Source: Polyangiales bacterium
GTDB lineage: Bacteria > Myxococcota_A > Polyangia > Polyangiales > Polyangiaceae
Direction: 5' to 3'
Length of the DNA stretch: 40,659 nucleotides
Assembly: GCA_038230375.1 (NCBI GenBank)
Contig: JBBRNJ010000078.1
Span: forward strand, 1-40,659
Shown in pieces: positions 1 to 8,963 of this stretch. The notes below the pieces were generated by a model. The model did no database searches and was not told where the DNA came from. It worked only from the letters and a program-made list of their open reading frames with translations. The translations under genes were made by a program, and so were the position numbers. The first letter of the stretch is position 1. The number at the start of each line of letters is the position of its first letter.

Positions 1-123
<123 letters not shown>

Positions 124-169
124 CGTCTCTGCCGACCCAAGGTTTCGCCGCGGCGCGTGTCGCCTTTGT

Positions 170-931
170 ATGCGGATTGGCTCTCTCGCTGTGCTGGCGG
201 CCCTCGTGATCTCTTGCACGGGCAACGCGCCCACTCCGATCGGGACGAAGACCCCGACGTCGACAACGACCGCGACGACGACAACGACCCCGACGTCGAC
301 CTCGACCCCGACAACGACAACGACTTCGACTTCGACCTCGACTCCGACCTCGACTCCGACCTCGACCTCGACCTCGACCCTGACCCCACCCTCCGCCCCT
401 CCCCCTGCTCCCCCCATCGCCGAGGAGCTTCTTGCTCCTTCTCTTCGCGGCGCTGGTCTTCGCAGCCCGATGCCGGGTGGGTATCTCGGTGGTTGGTACG
501 GCGACACGGGGCTCGACATCGCTGGGCGGTACTTGCCCGTCTATGCGATCGCCGCTGGCACCCTCGACTACTCGGAGCAGGGACACACGCTCTGGAAGGG
601 GAAGGGTGACACGCCGGGCTCCGTTCGCATCAAGCTCGACCAGCCCATCCCGTACAAGGGACACAACGTTACGCATGTATATTACACGCACCTCTCGGTT
701 CTCGTGACGGAGCAGGCGGAAGGAAGCGAGAAGCGGAAGCACGTGGTCGCGGGGGAGCACATCGCGGACTCGGGGATTGGCAACGGGGTGGCGCATCTGC
801 ACGTCGGTCTCCTGCTCGATGACCAGGTGGAGCAGGACTCCTGGGAGTTCATCCTTCGCGAGGGCGACGTGCGCAAGGTCATGGGCGACTACGCAAACGG
901 CACGCTGCTCCCCCTGCGCAAAAAGAAGTGA
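170..931 (+). CDS. M23-family (LytM-like) peptidase-fold lipoprotein with Thr/Ser-rich linker
   Basis: Signal/lipobox-like LVISC, (TS/TP)n linker, DTGLDIA (HxxxD position with H->D), YYTHL and AHLHVG (HxH). Confidence 0.7.
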   Translation: MRIGSLAVLAALVISCTGNAPTPIGTKTPTSTTTATTTTTPTSTSTPTTTTTSTSTSTPTSTPTSTSTSTLTPPSAPPPAPPIAEELLAPSLRGAGLRSPMPGGYLGGWYGDTGLDIAGRYLPVYAIAAGTLDYSEQGHTLWKGKGDTPGSVRIKLDQPIPYKGHNVTHVYYTHLSVLVTEQAEGSEKRKHVVAGEHIADSGIGNGVAHLHVGLLLDDQVEQDSWEFILREGDVRKVMGDYANGTLLPLRKKK

Positions 932-983
932 GGCGGCACGGGTCCAGCCCGTACCGCCCGCCTCGCATGCTTCGCTCAGTCGA

Positions 984-2411
984 TCAAGCGCAGGTGTAAT
1001 CCACCCAACCGCCGCTGCTGTTGCGCGTGCGGATGGTGCAGTTGCGGAGGTTGTACGTTCCGCGCTGCGCGTTCGTGATGGCGCGGCCGTTGCCGTCGAC
1101 CCACTGTCCGTCGCAGTACATCTGGTTTGCGCCGGCGGGCGTCGCTGACGTGCCCGAGCAACCGTACGTGTTGGCGCGGTCCACGCCCGCGGCATCGGCG
1201 AGGCTGCTGGTGACGCGGTTGCCGTCGCCGTCCGTCGCCCCCGCATAGCACGCGCCGACGATCATCGGGCCCATGCGTCCCATCGCGAGCATGCGCAGCG
1301 TGGCCGCATCCGGCGTGTCGATCATGCGGCCGGGCGCGCCGTGGGTGCTGACGACCGTCGCGTTCGGGAAGTTCATCGCGTACTGCGACTCACGTGCGAG
1401 CGCGGGATCGCCGGGGCGCGAGCTGACCCAGAAATTGGTGCCCGTCGTGCGTCGGTAGCCGTCCGGCGGATCGGTCCCTGGCTTGTCGTCCTGGGTGTCG
1501 CCACCGTATTCGGTGGGCTCGCCTCCGTCGGGGGTATCGGTCGGCTCGCCGCCCGCATCGGGCCCGCCAACGTCTTCTTCCGGCGCTCCCGGCTTGTCGC
1601 TGCCGTCGCCCGCGGTGTCGCTCGTGGGATCGCCACCCGTCGTACCGTCTCCGCCGCCAGTGACGCCTGTATTCTGCACCTTCACGCTGCCGACGAGCGG
1701 CGTGCCGGACGTGCCCTGCAGCTTGCCGCCCTTCGCAGCGACGACGCCCTGCATCCAGATCTGGACCTCCGCCATGTCCACGCGCGTGACGTAGCCCTGG
1801 CTCGACGTCTTACCACGCCCCGCATACACGCCGATGAGCGCGCCGTCCGGCCCCGTCACCGCGCCACCAACCGTGGCGCCTTGCGGTTCACCCTTCGTGC
1901 GGAGCGAGAACGGACGACCCACGGGCGACGTCGCCTCGAGCTGCTGCTTCCCGGATGCGGTGCGACCATGCGCGACTGCATTGCAGCCAAGGCACGCGTT
2001 CGTCGACACCGTCGCGTAGTGCGAGGCGCTCACGGGCGTGCGCAGGACGAGCAGCGCGAGATCGTGCTCCTGCGAGCGATCATGCGACGTCCCCCAGTCG
2101 TAGGTCATGACCTTGGCGACGTCCGCCGTTTGCCCGCCAATGCGGACGCGCGCGCCCTTGCTGCCGTCGGCGCAGTGCGCGGAGGTGAGGACCACGTTGT
2201 CCGAGAGCATCGTGCCTGCGCATGCCGCAGACACCTTCCCGCCGGCGTAGAAGTCGACGGAGACAGCGTCCGGCGCGCTCCCGTCGTTTGCGCCGCTCGC
2301 GCCGCTTCGTTGGACCTCGCTGCTGCAACCTGCGAGGAGGGATGCGGCCGCGGCCGCGGAAAGGAGAAGGGCGACGCGCAGCGAGCGCGCCCCGAGGAGC
2401 GTGTGTTTCAT
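984..2411 (-). CDS. Lipoprotein with trypsin-like (S1) domain lacking the catalytic Ser, an acidic linker and an unknown C-terminal domain
   Basis: Lipobox LLAGC, CAGTMLSDNVVLTSAHC (His), HDLALLVL (Asp). The GDSGG position reads GATVGG. Confidence 0.75.
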   Translation of the reverse strand: MKHTLLGARSLRVALLLSAAAAASLLAGCSSEVQRSGASGANDGSAPDAVSVDFYAGGKVSAACAGTMLSDNVVLTSAHCADGSKGARVRIGGQTADVAKVMTYDWGTSHDRSQEHDLALLVLRTPVSASHYATVSTNACLGCNAVAHGRTASGKQQLEATSPVGRPFSLRTKGEPQGATVGGAVTGPDGALIGVYAGRGKTSSQGYVTRVDMAEVQIWMQGVVAAKGGKLQGTSGTPLVGSVKVQNTGVTGGGDGTTGGDPTSDTAGDGSDKPGAPEEDVGGPDAGGEPTDTPDGGEPTEYGGDTQDDKPGTDPPDGYRRTTGTNFWVSSRPGDPALARESQYAMNFPNATVVSTHGAPGRMIDTPDAATLRMLAMGRMGPMIVGACYAGATDGDGNRVTSSLADAAGVDRANTYGCSGTSATPAGANQMYCDGQWVDGNGRAITNAQRGTYNLRNCTIRTRNSSGGWVDYTCA

Positions 2412-2664
2412 CGAAGACCTCTGCTTAGTTGAGTGGGATTAAGTCCCTCGCGACGTCCGCGAAGGTGAGGGAAGCGATATGAATTCCCATGTCGCAAGCC
2501 CCGGACCAACGACGAGCGCGCGCGCACAAGCAGAGCGCCTCGCTGTAAAACAAGCGGATTCGTGAAACTGTCTCCCGGGCGCGGCACCCCGCGATTTCCC
2601 GCGTGGTGGACCTATTGACCACGACTCAACAGAGATCCACGCGCGGCCGTGTATACTTCGGCGC

Positions 2665-4263
2665 GTGAAGTCCCTTCTTGCCCTTACCTCGCTTGCCGCA
2701 GCCACCGTGATCGCCGTCGTCGCGTGCGGCTCGGGCTCCGCGACCACCACGGACCCCAGTGCCGACGGAGGCACCGCACCCGATGGCGGCAACCCCACCG
2801 CGGATGCAGCTCCCGTGGACACGGTTCCGGGCGGCACCTCACTCAAGATCGTCGCGCCACTCTCGGTCACGATCGCGAGCGGCCGAACGAAGGACATCGT
2901 GATCACGCGCGCTGGTGACTCCGCGCACCCGGTCGCCCTCACGGTGATCGGCTTGCCCGCCGGAGTGACGGCCAAGGACGGGCTCATCGGGCCCATGCAG
3001 GCCAACGGCACGATCACGCTGGTCGCGGACGTGAACGCAGTCCCGAACCCCACGCCCGTCATGGTGACCATCAAGGCGCAGACGTCCGCCATCAGCGCCA
3101 CGACAACGTTCCCGCTCGTCGTCACGGGTGCGCCCGGCTCGCTCGACCAGTCGTGGGGCACCAAGGGCTTCACCGCGGGCCTCATGGCGATTGGCTCGCA
3201 GATCACCGGCATCGGTGTGCAGAAGAACGGCACCGTGGTCGCCGGTGGTTACGTGGCCGACGAGCTCGCGGTCGCGCGCTACACCACGGCCGGCGTGCTC
3301 GACGCCACGTTCGGAACGAACGGCCAGACGCGTACGTCACCGGCGACCCAGACCGGCCGGCTCGCGATCCCGTCGAAGATCATGGTGCAGTCGACCGACG
3401 CGATCGTCATGGCCTGTCAGTACAAAGTGGTCGCGCCAATCTCGTCACCGATCCGCTTCACCGCGGCTGGTGTGCCTGACACCACGCTCGGCGCCGGCGG
3501 CTTCGGCGCGGGCCGCGGCAATGGTCCGGTGCATGCGGTGGCCGTGGATTCCGCGGGCAACATCCTCATGGGAGGCGCTGGCTTCGTCGTGCGCCAGTCC
3601 AGCGTGGGCGTGAGCGACGCGACCTTCAACAACAGCATCGGCGTGTTCGATCTGGGCGTGAACGGCAGCGCGCAAGCGCTTGCGCTCCAGTCGGGGGGAC
3701 GCATCATTGCGGCGGGCATCAACACCGGCACTCCTGGTGGCACGATCTACGGCCTCACGGGCACCGGCGCGTCGGACCCCGGCTTCGCGGGTGGCGCAGG
3801 GATGATCGGCGGCACCAACGCCCACGACTGGCTCGCCGTGGCGCTCGACAAGACCGACACGATCTTCGTCGCCGGGCAGGAGAGCGCGACCAAGTTCCTT
3901 GTCGGCAAGATCACGAAGGACGGCGTGGTCGACAACTCGTGGAACGGAAACGGCGTCGTTGCGATAGCGCTCGGTGACGGCGGCGCGTCCTCGAAGGCGA
4001 ACGACGTCGTCGTTCAGGCCGACGGCAAGGTCATCGCTGTTGGCAGCGGCGTCAATAGCGGCCGCTCCGTCATGGTCGTGGTCCGCTTCCTTGCGACCGG
4101 CGCGCTCGACACATCGTTCGGCTCCGATGGCACCGGCATCGTCCTCTTGCCCGTCGCCTCCGCCACGGCCGACGCCAACGCGGTCGCGCTCCAGGCAGAC
4201 GGGAAGATCCTCGTCGGCGGTCACGGTGACCAGGACTGGGCGGTCGCTAGGTTCTGGCCTTGA
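2665..4263 (+). CDS. Lipoprotein with delta-60 repeat beta-propeller
   Basis: Lipobox VVACG. Repeated LD.(S/T)(F/W)G..G and VQADGK(V/I)(I/L) units. TATACT lies 7 nt upstream of the GTG start. Confidence 0.8.
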   Translation: MKSLLALTSLAAATVIAVVACGSGSATTTDPSADGGTAPDGGNPTADAAPVDTVPGGTSLKIVAPLSVTIASGRTKDIVITRAGDSAHPVALTVIGLPAGVTAKDGLIGPMQANGTITLVADVNAVPNPTPVMVTIKAQTSAISATTTFPLVVTGAPGSLDQSWGTKGFTAGLMAIGSQITGIGVQKNGTVVAGGYVADELAVARYTTAGVLDATFGTNGQTRTSPATQTGRLAIPSKIMVQSTDAIVMACQYKVVAPISSPIRFTAAGVPDTTLGAGGFGAGRGNGPVHAVAVDSAGNILMGGAGFVVRQSSVGVSDATFNNSIGVFDLGVNGSAQALALQSGGRIIAAGINTGTPGGTIYGLTGTGASDPGFAGGAGMIGGTNAHDWLAVALDKTDTIFVAGQESATKFLVGKITKDGVVDNSWNGNGVVAIALGDGGASSKANDVVVQADGKVIAVGSGVNSGRSVMVVVRFLATGALDTSFGSDGTGIVLLPVASATADANAVALQADGKILVGGHGDQDWAVARFWP

Positions 4264-5053
4264 CGGGCCCCGGGTCCGAAGGGAAATGCTCCTGCGCGCA
4301 GCTCGCGCAGATGCCGTGCGTCAGCGTCGACTCTCGCTTCAGCATGTAGCGCTCCAGCGTGACCCACCCCTCTTGTTCGTCGTGCATCTTCTTGCACCAC
4401 GCGCAGGTCGAGAGCAGCTTGCGGAGCGTGCGCAGCTCATTCTCCGCGTTGCGCAGCGCCAGATCGTAGAGCCACATCATGCCGGTCACGCTCACGACGA
4501 ACGGCGCGAACGTGGCGATCTGGTAGCCCGGCGTCATGGGCAGCCGAGGCCGGCCGAACGTCAGTCCCTTCTCATGCGCGATGACGATCGCCGCGCCCAG
4601 CACGATCGCCAGCACGGCGGCCACCGCGACGGGCCTCCGCGACGGCGGCTCCTCTGCCGCGCCGCGCGGCCCCACGAGCACGAGCGCAGCGAGCGGCAAC
4701 AGCGTGAGCCACGGGAGCTGCTCTGGCTGGAGCTCCGTGGTCACCACCGAGTCCGCGACCAGGAACGCGCCAAGCGACATGATGCACGCCCACACCACGA
4801 TCGACATGGCCGCGCCAAGCCGCATGAGGAGCAACTGCCCCGCGAGCGACACACCGAACGCGGCGATGATCCAGCCACTCACGCGGTCACCGAAGAAGAG
4901 CTCCTGACATCCGCTGAACGTCGCCACCACGATGCCGAGCAGACATTGCCCAACGAGGACCCGTGCCTGGAACGCCTCACGCAGACCCACCTCCCCCGTG
5001 GGTCGGAATCGATCGAGCAGGGGCAGGAGTGCTGCGCGGACGGGAGCGGCCAT
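4247..5053 (-). CDS. Multi-pass membrane protein with C-terminal CxxC...HGICxxC putative Zn-binding domain
   Basis: About 6 hydrophobic segments, then TCAWCKKMHDEQEGW...LTHGICASC. This tail is typical of some response regulators and PAS proteins. Confidence 0.7.
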   Translation of the reverse strand: MAAPVRAALLPLLDRFRPTGEVGLREAFQARVLVGQCLLGIVVATFSGCQELFFGDRVSGWIIAAFGVSLAGQLLLMRLGAAMSIVVWACIMSLGAFLVADSVVTTELQPEQLPWLTLLPLAALVLVGPRGAAEEPPSRRPVAVAAVLAIVLGAAIVIAHEKGLTFGRPRLPMTPGYQIATFAPFVVSVTGMMWLYDLALRNAENELRTLRKLLSTCAWCKKMHDEQEGWVTLERYMLKRESTLTHGICASCAQEHFPSDPGPVKART

Positions 5054-5106
5054 GGGACGATCATCAAAAATAGCACGACCGGACTGCGCTACACTCGCCT
5101 CCCGAT

Positions 5107-6795
5107 ATGGGGCTCCGCCAACTTCTCAATCCGCTGCCGCCGCCCTACTCCCCGGTGGAGTGGCTGAAGAAGCCGCTCGCGGAGCGAGGCCGCATGGTGT
5201 GCGAGGCCTGGGCGATGCAGGGCTACGGCACGCCGCCCGCGGCGTATGCAGCCTACGTCGTGAAGATCGCGCTGTATGTCGGCGGGTGGATGCTTGCGTG
5301 CTCGTTCTCGCCAAGCCTTGGTGGACCCACCACGCTTTTCGCATGGTGGCTTTCTCCGCTCGCGTTCCAGAAGGCCATCGTGTGGAGCCTGTGCTTCGAG
5401 GTGATGGGGCTCGGTTGCGGAAGTGGTCCGCTCACCGCGCGCTACTTCCCACCGATCGGCGGCGCGCTCTACTTCTTGCGGCCCGGCACCACGAAGCTGC
5501 CGTTCTTTCCCGGCATCCCGCTGCTCGGCGGGCACACGCGCTCCGTTCTCGACGTGCTCCTCTACGCCGCGCTGCTCGGCGCGTGCGTGCGCGTCCTCGT
5601 TTCAGCCGCACCAGCGACCGAGCTCTTCTTGCCGCTCGCGGTCCTGCTCGGCATCCTTGGGCTCACCGACAAGACCATCTTCCTCGCCGCGCGCTCGGAG
5701 CACTACTGGGTCACGGTCATCTGCTTCCTGTTTCCGCAGTGGCTCGCCGGCGCCAAGATCGTGCAGCTCGCGCTCTGGTTCTGGGCGGGCGCATCCAAGC
5801 TCAATCATCACTTCCCAACGGTGTCGTGCGTGATGACCAGCAATGCGCCGCTCACGCGCATGGCATGGCTGCGGCGCTTCATGTACCGCGACTACCCGCG
5901 CGACGTGCGGCCGTCCCGCTTTGCGGCGTGGCTCGCGCACGGCGGCACCGCGATGGAGTTCGCAGTGCCCATCGCGTTCTTGCTCACGCCCTTAGGACAG
6001 CCGCCAGTCGTCGCGATCGTGCTGATGCTGGCGCTTCATACATTCATCACGAGCAACGTTCCCATGGGCGTGCCGCTCGAGTGGAACGTCATGGTCGTCT
6101 ATGGCGCGTTTGCGCTGTTCTGGGCGCATCCGGACGTGTCCGTGCTCACGCTCGGACCGTGGCCGCTGACCGCGTTCGTGCTGTTCATGACGATCGGCCT
6201 ACCCATCCTCGGCAATCTCTTCCCATCGCGCATCTCCTTCCTGCTTGCCATGCGGTACTACGCCGGCAACTGGGCGTACTCCGTCTGGCTGTTCAAGGGC
6301 TCGTCGCACGCGAAGCTCGCGAAGCTCACCAAGACCAGCCCGTGGATCCACGATCAGCTCGCGCGCTTCTACGACAAGCCAACCGCGCTCGGCCTGCTCT
6401 CCAAGGTCATGGGGTTCCGCCTGATGCATCTGCACGGGCGCGCACTTCCGCTGCTCGTGCCCAAGGCGGTGGACGATCTCGCGGCGTACGAATGGCTGGA
6501 CGGCGAGGTCGTCGCGGGCCTGGTCCTTGGCTGGAACTTCGGCGAAGGCCACCTGCACCAGGAGCAGCTCCTCAGCTCCGTACAGGAGCAGTGCGGCTTC
6601 ACCGAGGGCGAGCTGCGCTGCATCTTCGTGGAGTCGCAGCCACTGTTCTCCGACGCGATGGACTACCGCATTGTCGACGCGAAGACGGGCCTCATCGAGC
6701 GCGGCGACCTCTCCGTGAAGGAGCTCCGCACACGTCAGCCATGGGAGGCCGCAGTGGCGGCGTCCGCAGTAACGTCGACCGACAGCGCAGCATGA
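5107..6795 (+). CDS. DUF3556-type transmembrane protein
   Basis: Recognisable motifs W..QGYGTP, GCGSGPLT.RY, SKLNHHFP, PMGVPLEWN, MRYYAGNWA and GWNFGEGHLH. Confidence 0.75.
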   Translation: MGLRQLLNPLPPPYSPVEWLKKPLAERGRMVCEAWAMQGYGTPPAAYAAYVVKIALYVGGWMLACSFSPSLGGPTTLFAWWLSPLAFQKAIVWSLCFEVMGLGCGSGPLTARYFPPIGGALYFLRPGTTKLPFFPGIPLLGGHTRSVLDVLLYAALLGACVRVLVSAAPATELFLPLAVLLGILGLTDKTIFLAARSEHYWVTVICFLFPQWLAGAKIVQLALWFWAGASKLNHHFPTVSCVMTSNAPLTRMAWLRRFMYRDYPRDVRPSRFAAWLAHGGTAMEFAVPIAFLLTPLGQPPVVAIVLMLALHTFITSNVPMGVPLEWNVMVVYGAFALFWAHPDVSVLTLGPWPLTAFVLFMTIGLPILGNLFPSRISFLLAMRYYAGNWAYSVWLFKGSSHAKLAKLTKTSPWIHDQLARFYDKPTALGLLSKVMGFRLMHLHGRALPLLVPKAVDDLAAYEWLDGEVVAGLVLGWNFGEGHLHQEQLLSSVQEQCGFTEGELRCIFVESQPLFSDAMDYRIVDAKTGLIERGDLSVKELRTRQPWEAAVAASAVTSTDSAA

Positions 6796-8732
6796 CCCCG
6801 CCGAAGCCGTCACTCGCATCGCGTGTGCGCCGTCACCTCCTGGGCGAACGCCCCAGGAGCCTGCTGTGGCTGCTGGTGCCCACGGCGTCCGCGCTGCTCA
6901 TCGATCTGATCGTTCGCGCGCGCGCCATCCTGGATTTCGCGATCCAGGGAAAGGCCATCTACTTCTCCTCGCTGCTGGTCAGCATGGGGTTCTGGGTGCT
7001 GCCGCTCTGGAGCGTCGCGCGGCTGAACGTGCTCGCGGGCGTGGGCGGCGCGGCGGGTGTACGCGCGCGCATGGCGTCATGGATGTTGCGCACGTTGTTC
7101 CTGCTTCCGATCGCGACCCTCGCGTATGGCGGGCAGATGGTCTACTTCCGCGTGTTCCACGCGTACGCGGGGCGCGACAGCATCCGGCTCGGAATCGCTG
7201 CGCGCGGCACCGTGGTGGACTGGTTCTCGTCATTCGGCGGCCCGCTCTTCTTCGTGGGTATGGTGGTGTCCGGCACGGTCTTCCTCTTCGTCACGCTGAG
7301 GCCCGTGGAGCGCCGCGCGGTGACCATCACCAGCGCGCGTCCAACCCTGCCCGCTGTGCTCTTCCTTGGCGCGCTCTTCTGCTTCTGGACCGACAACGTG
7401 GACAGCCGCTATCTGCAGGCCGCCACGCCAGATGCATGCATATTGCATGGAATCATCCACGCCGCGCGCATGCGCATCACGGGCCACTGGGATGAGCGCC
7501 AGGGCGTGTCCATGCGCACCCCGAAGCCGCTCGGTCTGGTGAAGAGCGACCGCGCGCGCCTGCGTGACGTTGTCATCGTGCTCACGGAGAGCGTGCGCGC
7601 GGACGAGATCTGCTCCATGCCGCCGCCGTCCTGCAAGATCCCCGCGCTCGACGAAGTCACGGCCGATCGCATGTCGCTGGGCAAGCTCTCCACACAGACG
7701 CCGAACACGTTCAGCTCGTTCCTCACGTTGACCACGGGGCTCTCGCCCGACGCCACGTTCCAGGAGGCGCACTCCGCGCCGATCCTCTGGGAGATGGCGA
7801 AGGCGGTCGGCTACCGCACGGCGTACGTCAGCGCGCAGAACACGCGCTTCGAGGATTTTGGCGCGTTCGTGCGCAACGCCGGCATCGACACGCTGGTGAC
7901 GGACATGGAGCTGGGCGGCATGGGGCAAGAGCAGATCGGCGCGCCGGACGAGCGTGCTGTGGATGCGGCCATCTCGTTCCTGGGCGCGGCAAAGGATGAC
8001 ACGCCGCTCTTCCTGATCGTGCACCTGTCGAACACGCACGCGCCTTACCGCGCGGACGCTGGTCTCACGCCGTTCTTGCCGGAGTCAACGGACGCGCTCG
8101 GCGATGCGGCGGCTTTCTTCAACCGCTCACGCAACTCGGTCGCGCTGCAGGCCCGAACGCTCGCGCCGCTCTTCGCTGCCCTCCGCGCGCGTCCGCGCTG
8201 GAATGACACCGTCGCGTTCTTCCTGTCCGACCACGGCGAGCAGTTCCGCGAGCACGGCGGGCTGTACCACAACCACTCGCTCTACGACGAGGAGCTGCGC
8301 ATTCCCGGCTTCGTCGTGGGCGGCGCGGGCGCGCTGGATGCGGAGATGCGAAAGGGCCTCGCAACCTTCGTGACGCAGCGCACGTACATGATGGACGTCC
8401 ACCAGACGGTGGTCGCCGCGCTCGGCCTCTCCACAGCGCGCGCGTCGATGCCGCTCGCGTCGCGTGCGCACGGGCGGTCTCTCTTCTCGCCGCGCGTGCC
8501 GGATCAGGATCCGTTCGCGTTGCTGTCCACCTCCACCGCTGTGTGGGAGCCGGACGACCCCCGCTTTGGCGTTCTCTACCGCGACCGCAAGCTGTGGGGA
8601 GCTGCCGGCGCGCCGTGGAAGTGCTTCGACGTCTCGCGTGACTCCGGGGAGCACTTCCCACGCGGCGCCTCCGACTGTGATGAGCTCATGAAGGCCGCCC
8701 GACAAGCCTTTCCCGTGCAGGCGCCGAAGTAG
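6792..8732 (+). CDS. Membrane-anchored sulfatase/LTA-synthase-like (alkaline phosphatase superfamily) protein
   Basis: Start inferred at an ATGA overlap with the upstream stop. N-terminal TM helices, then VIVLTESVRAD, TPNTFSS, NTHAPY, LSDHGE and HNHSLYDEELRIP. Confidence 0.8.
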   Translation: MTPPKPSLASRVRRHLLGERPRSLLWLLVPTASALLIDLIVRARAILDFAIQGKAIYFSSLLVSMGFWVLPLWSVARLNVLAGVGGAAGVRARMASWMLRTLFLLPIATLAYGGQMVYFRVFHAYAGRDSIRLGIAARGTVVDWFSSFGGPLFFVGMVVSGTVFLFVTLRPVERRAVTITSARPTLPAVLFLGALFCFWTDNVDSRYLQAATPDACILHGIIHAARMRITGHWDERQGVSMRTPKPLGLVKSDRARLRDVVIVLTESVRADEICSMPPPSCKIPALDEVTADRMSLGKLSTQTPNTFSSFLTLTTGLSPDATFQEAHSAPILWEMAKAVGYRTAYVSAQNTRFEDFGAFVRNAGIDTLVTDMELGGMGQEQIGAPDERAVDAAISFLGAAKDDTPLFLIVHLSNTHAPYRADAGLTPFLPESTDALGDAAAFFNRSRNSVALQARTLAPLFAALRARPRWNDTVAFFLSDHGEQFREHGGLYHNHSLYDEELRIPGFVVGGAGALDAEMRKGLATFVTQRTYMMDVHQTVVAALGLSTARASMPLASRAHGRSLFSPRVPDQDPFALLSTSTAVWEPDDPRFGVLYRDRKLWGAAGAPWKCFDVSRDSGEHFPRGASDCDELMKAARQAFPVQAPK

Positions 8733-8738
8733 CGGCGT

Positions 8739-8963
8739 TCAGAACCAGCGCTCGTCGCCCTGCAGCAGGAGCGGCATTGTCGCCGGCGCCAGTGGTCGTT
8801 CGCTCACCACCGCGATCTCGATGGCGCTGATGGCAGTGGCTGCCGTGATGGCCGCGACCGCGTTGCGCGCGTGCCTGGGGCGGGGCCACGGCGGCTCCGT
8901 CCAGCGAACACTGAAGCGGATGTAGCGAGCGTCGGCGCGAGAGGAGAAAACCTGGGCTTCCAT
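8739..8963 (-). CDS. Possible small hypothetical protein (74 aa)
   Basis: ATG overlaps the upstream stop (TGATG) and the ORF fills the gap between convergent genes. No recognisable motif. Confidence 0.3.
   Translation of the reverse strand: MEAQVFSSRADARYIRFSVRWTEPPWPRPRHARNAVAAITAATAISAIEIAVVSERPLAPATMPLLLQGDERWF

Noticed and set aside
4932..8732. 1266-aa ORF as one giant protein
   Set aside because: The first about 620 codons are an Arg/Ala-rich shadow frame over the DUF3556 gene. The credible protein starts at the ATGA overlap at 6792.
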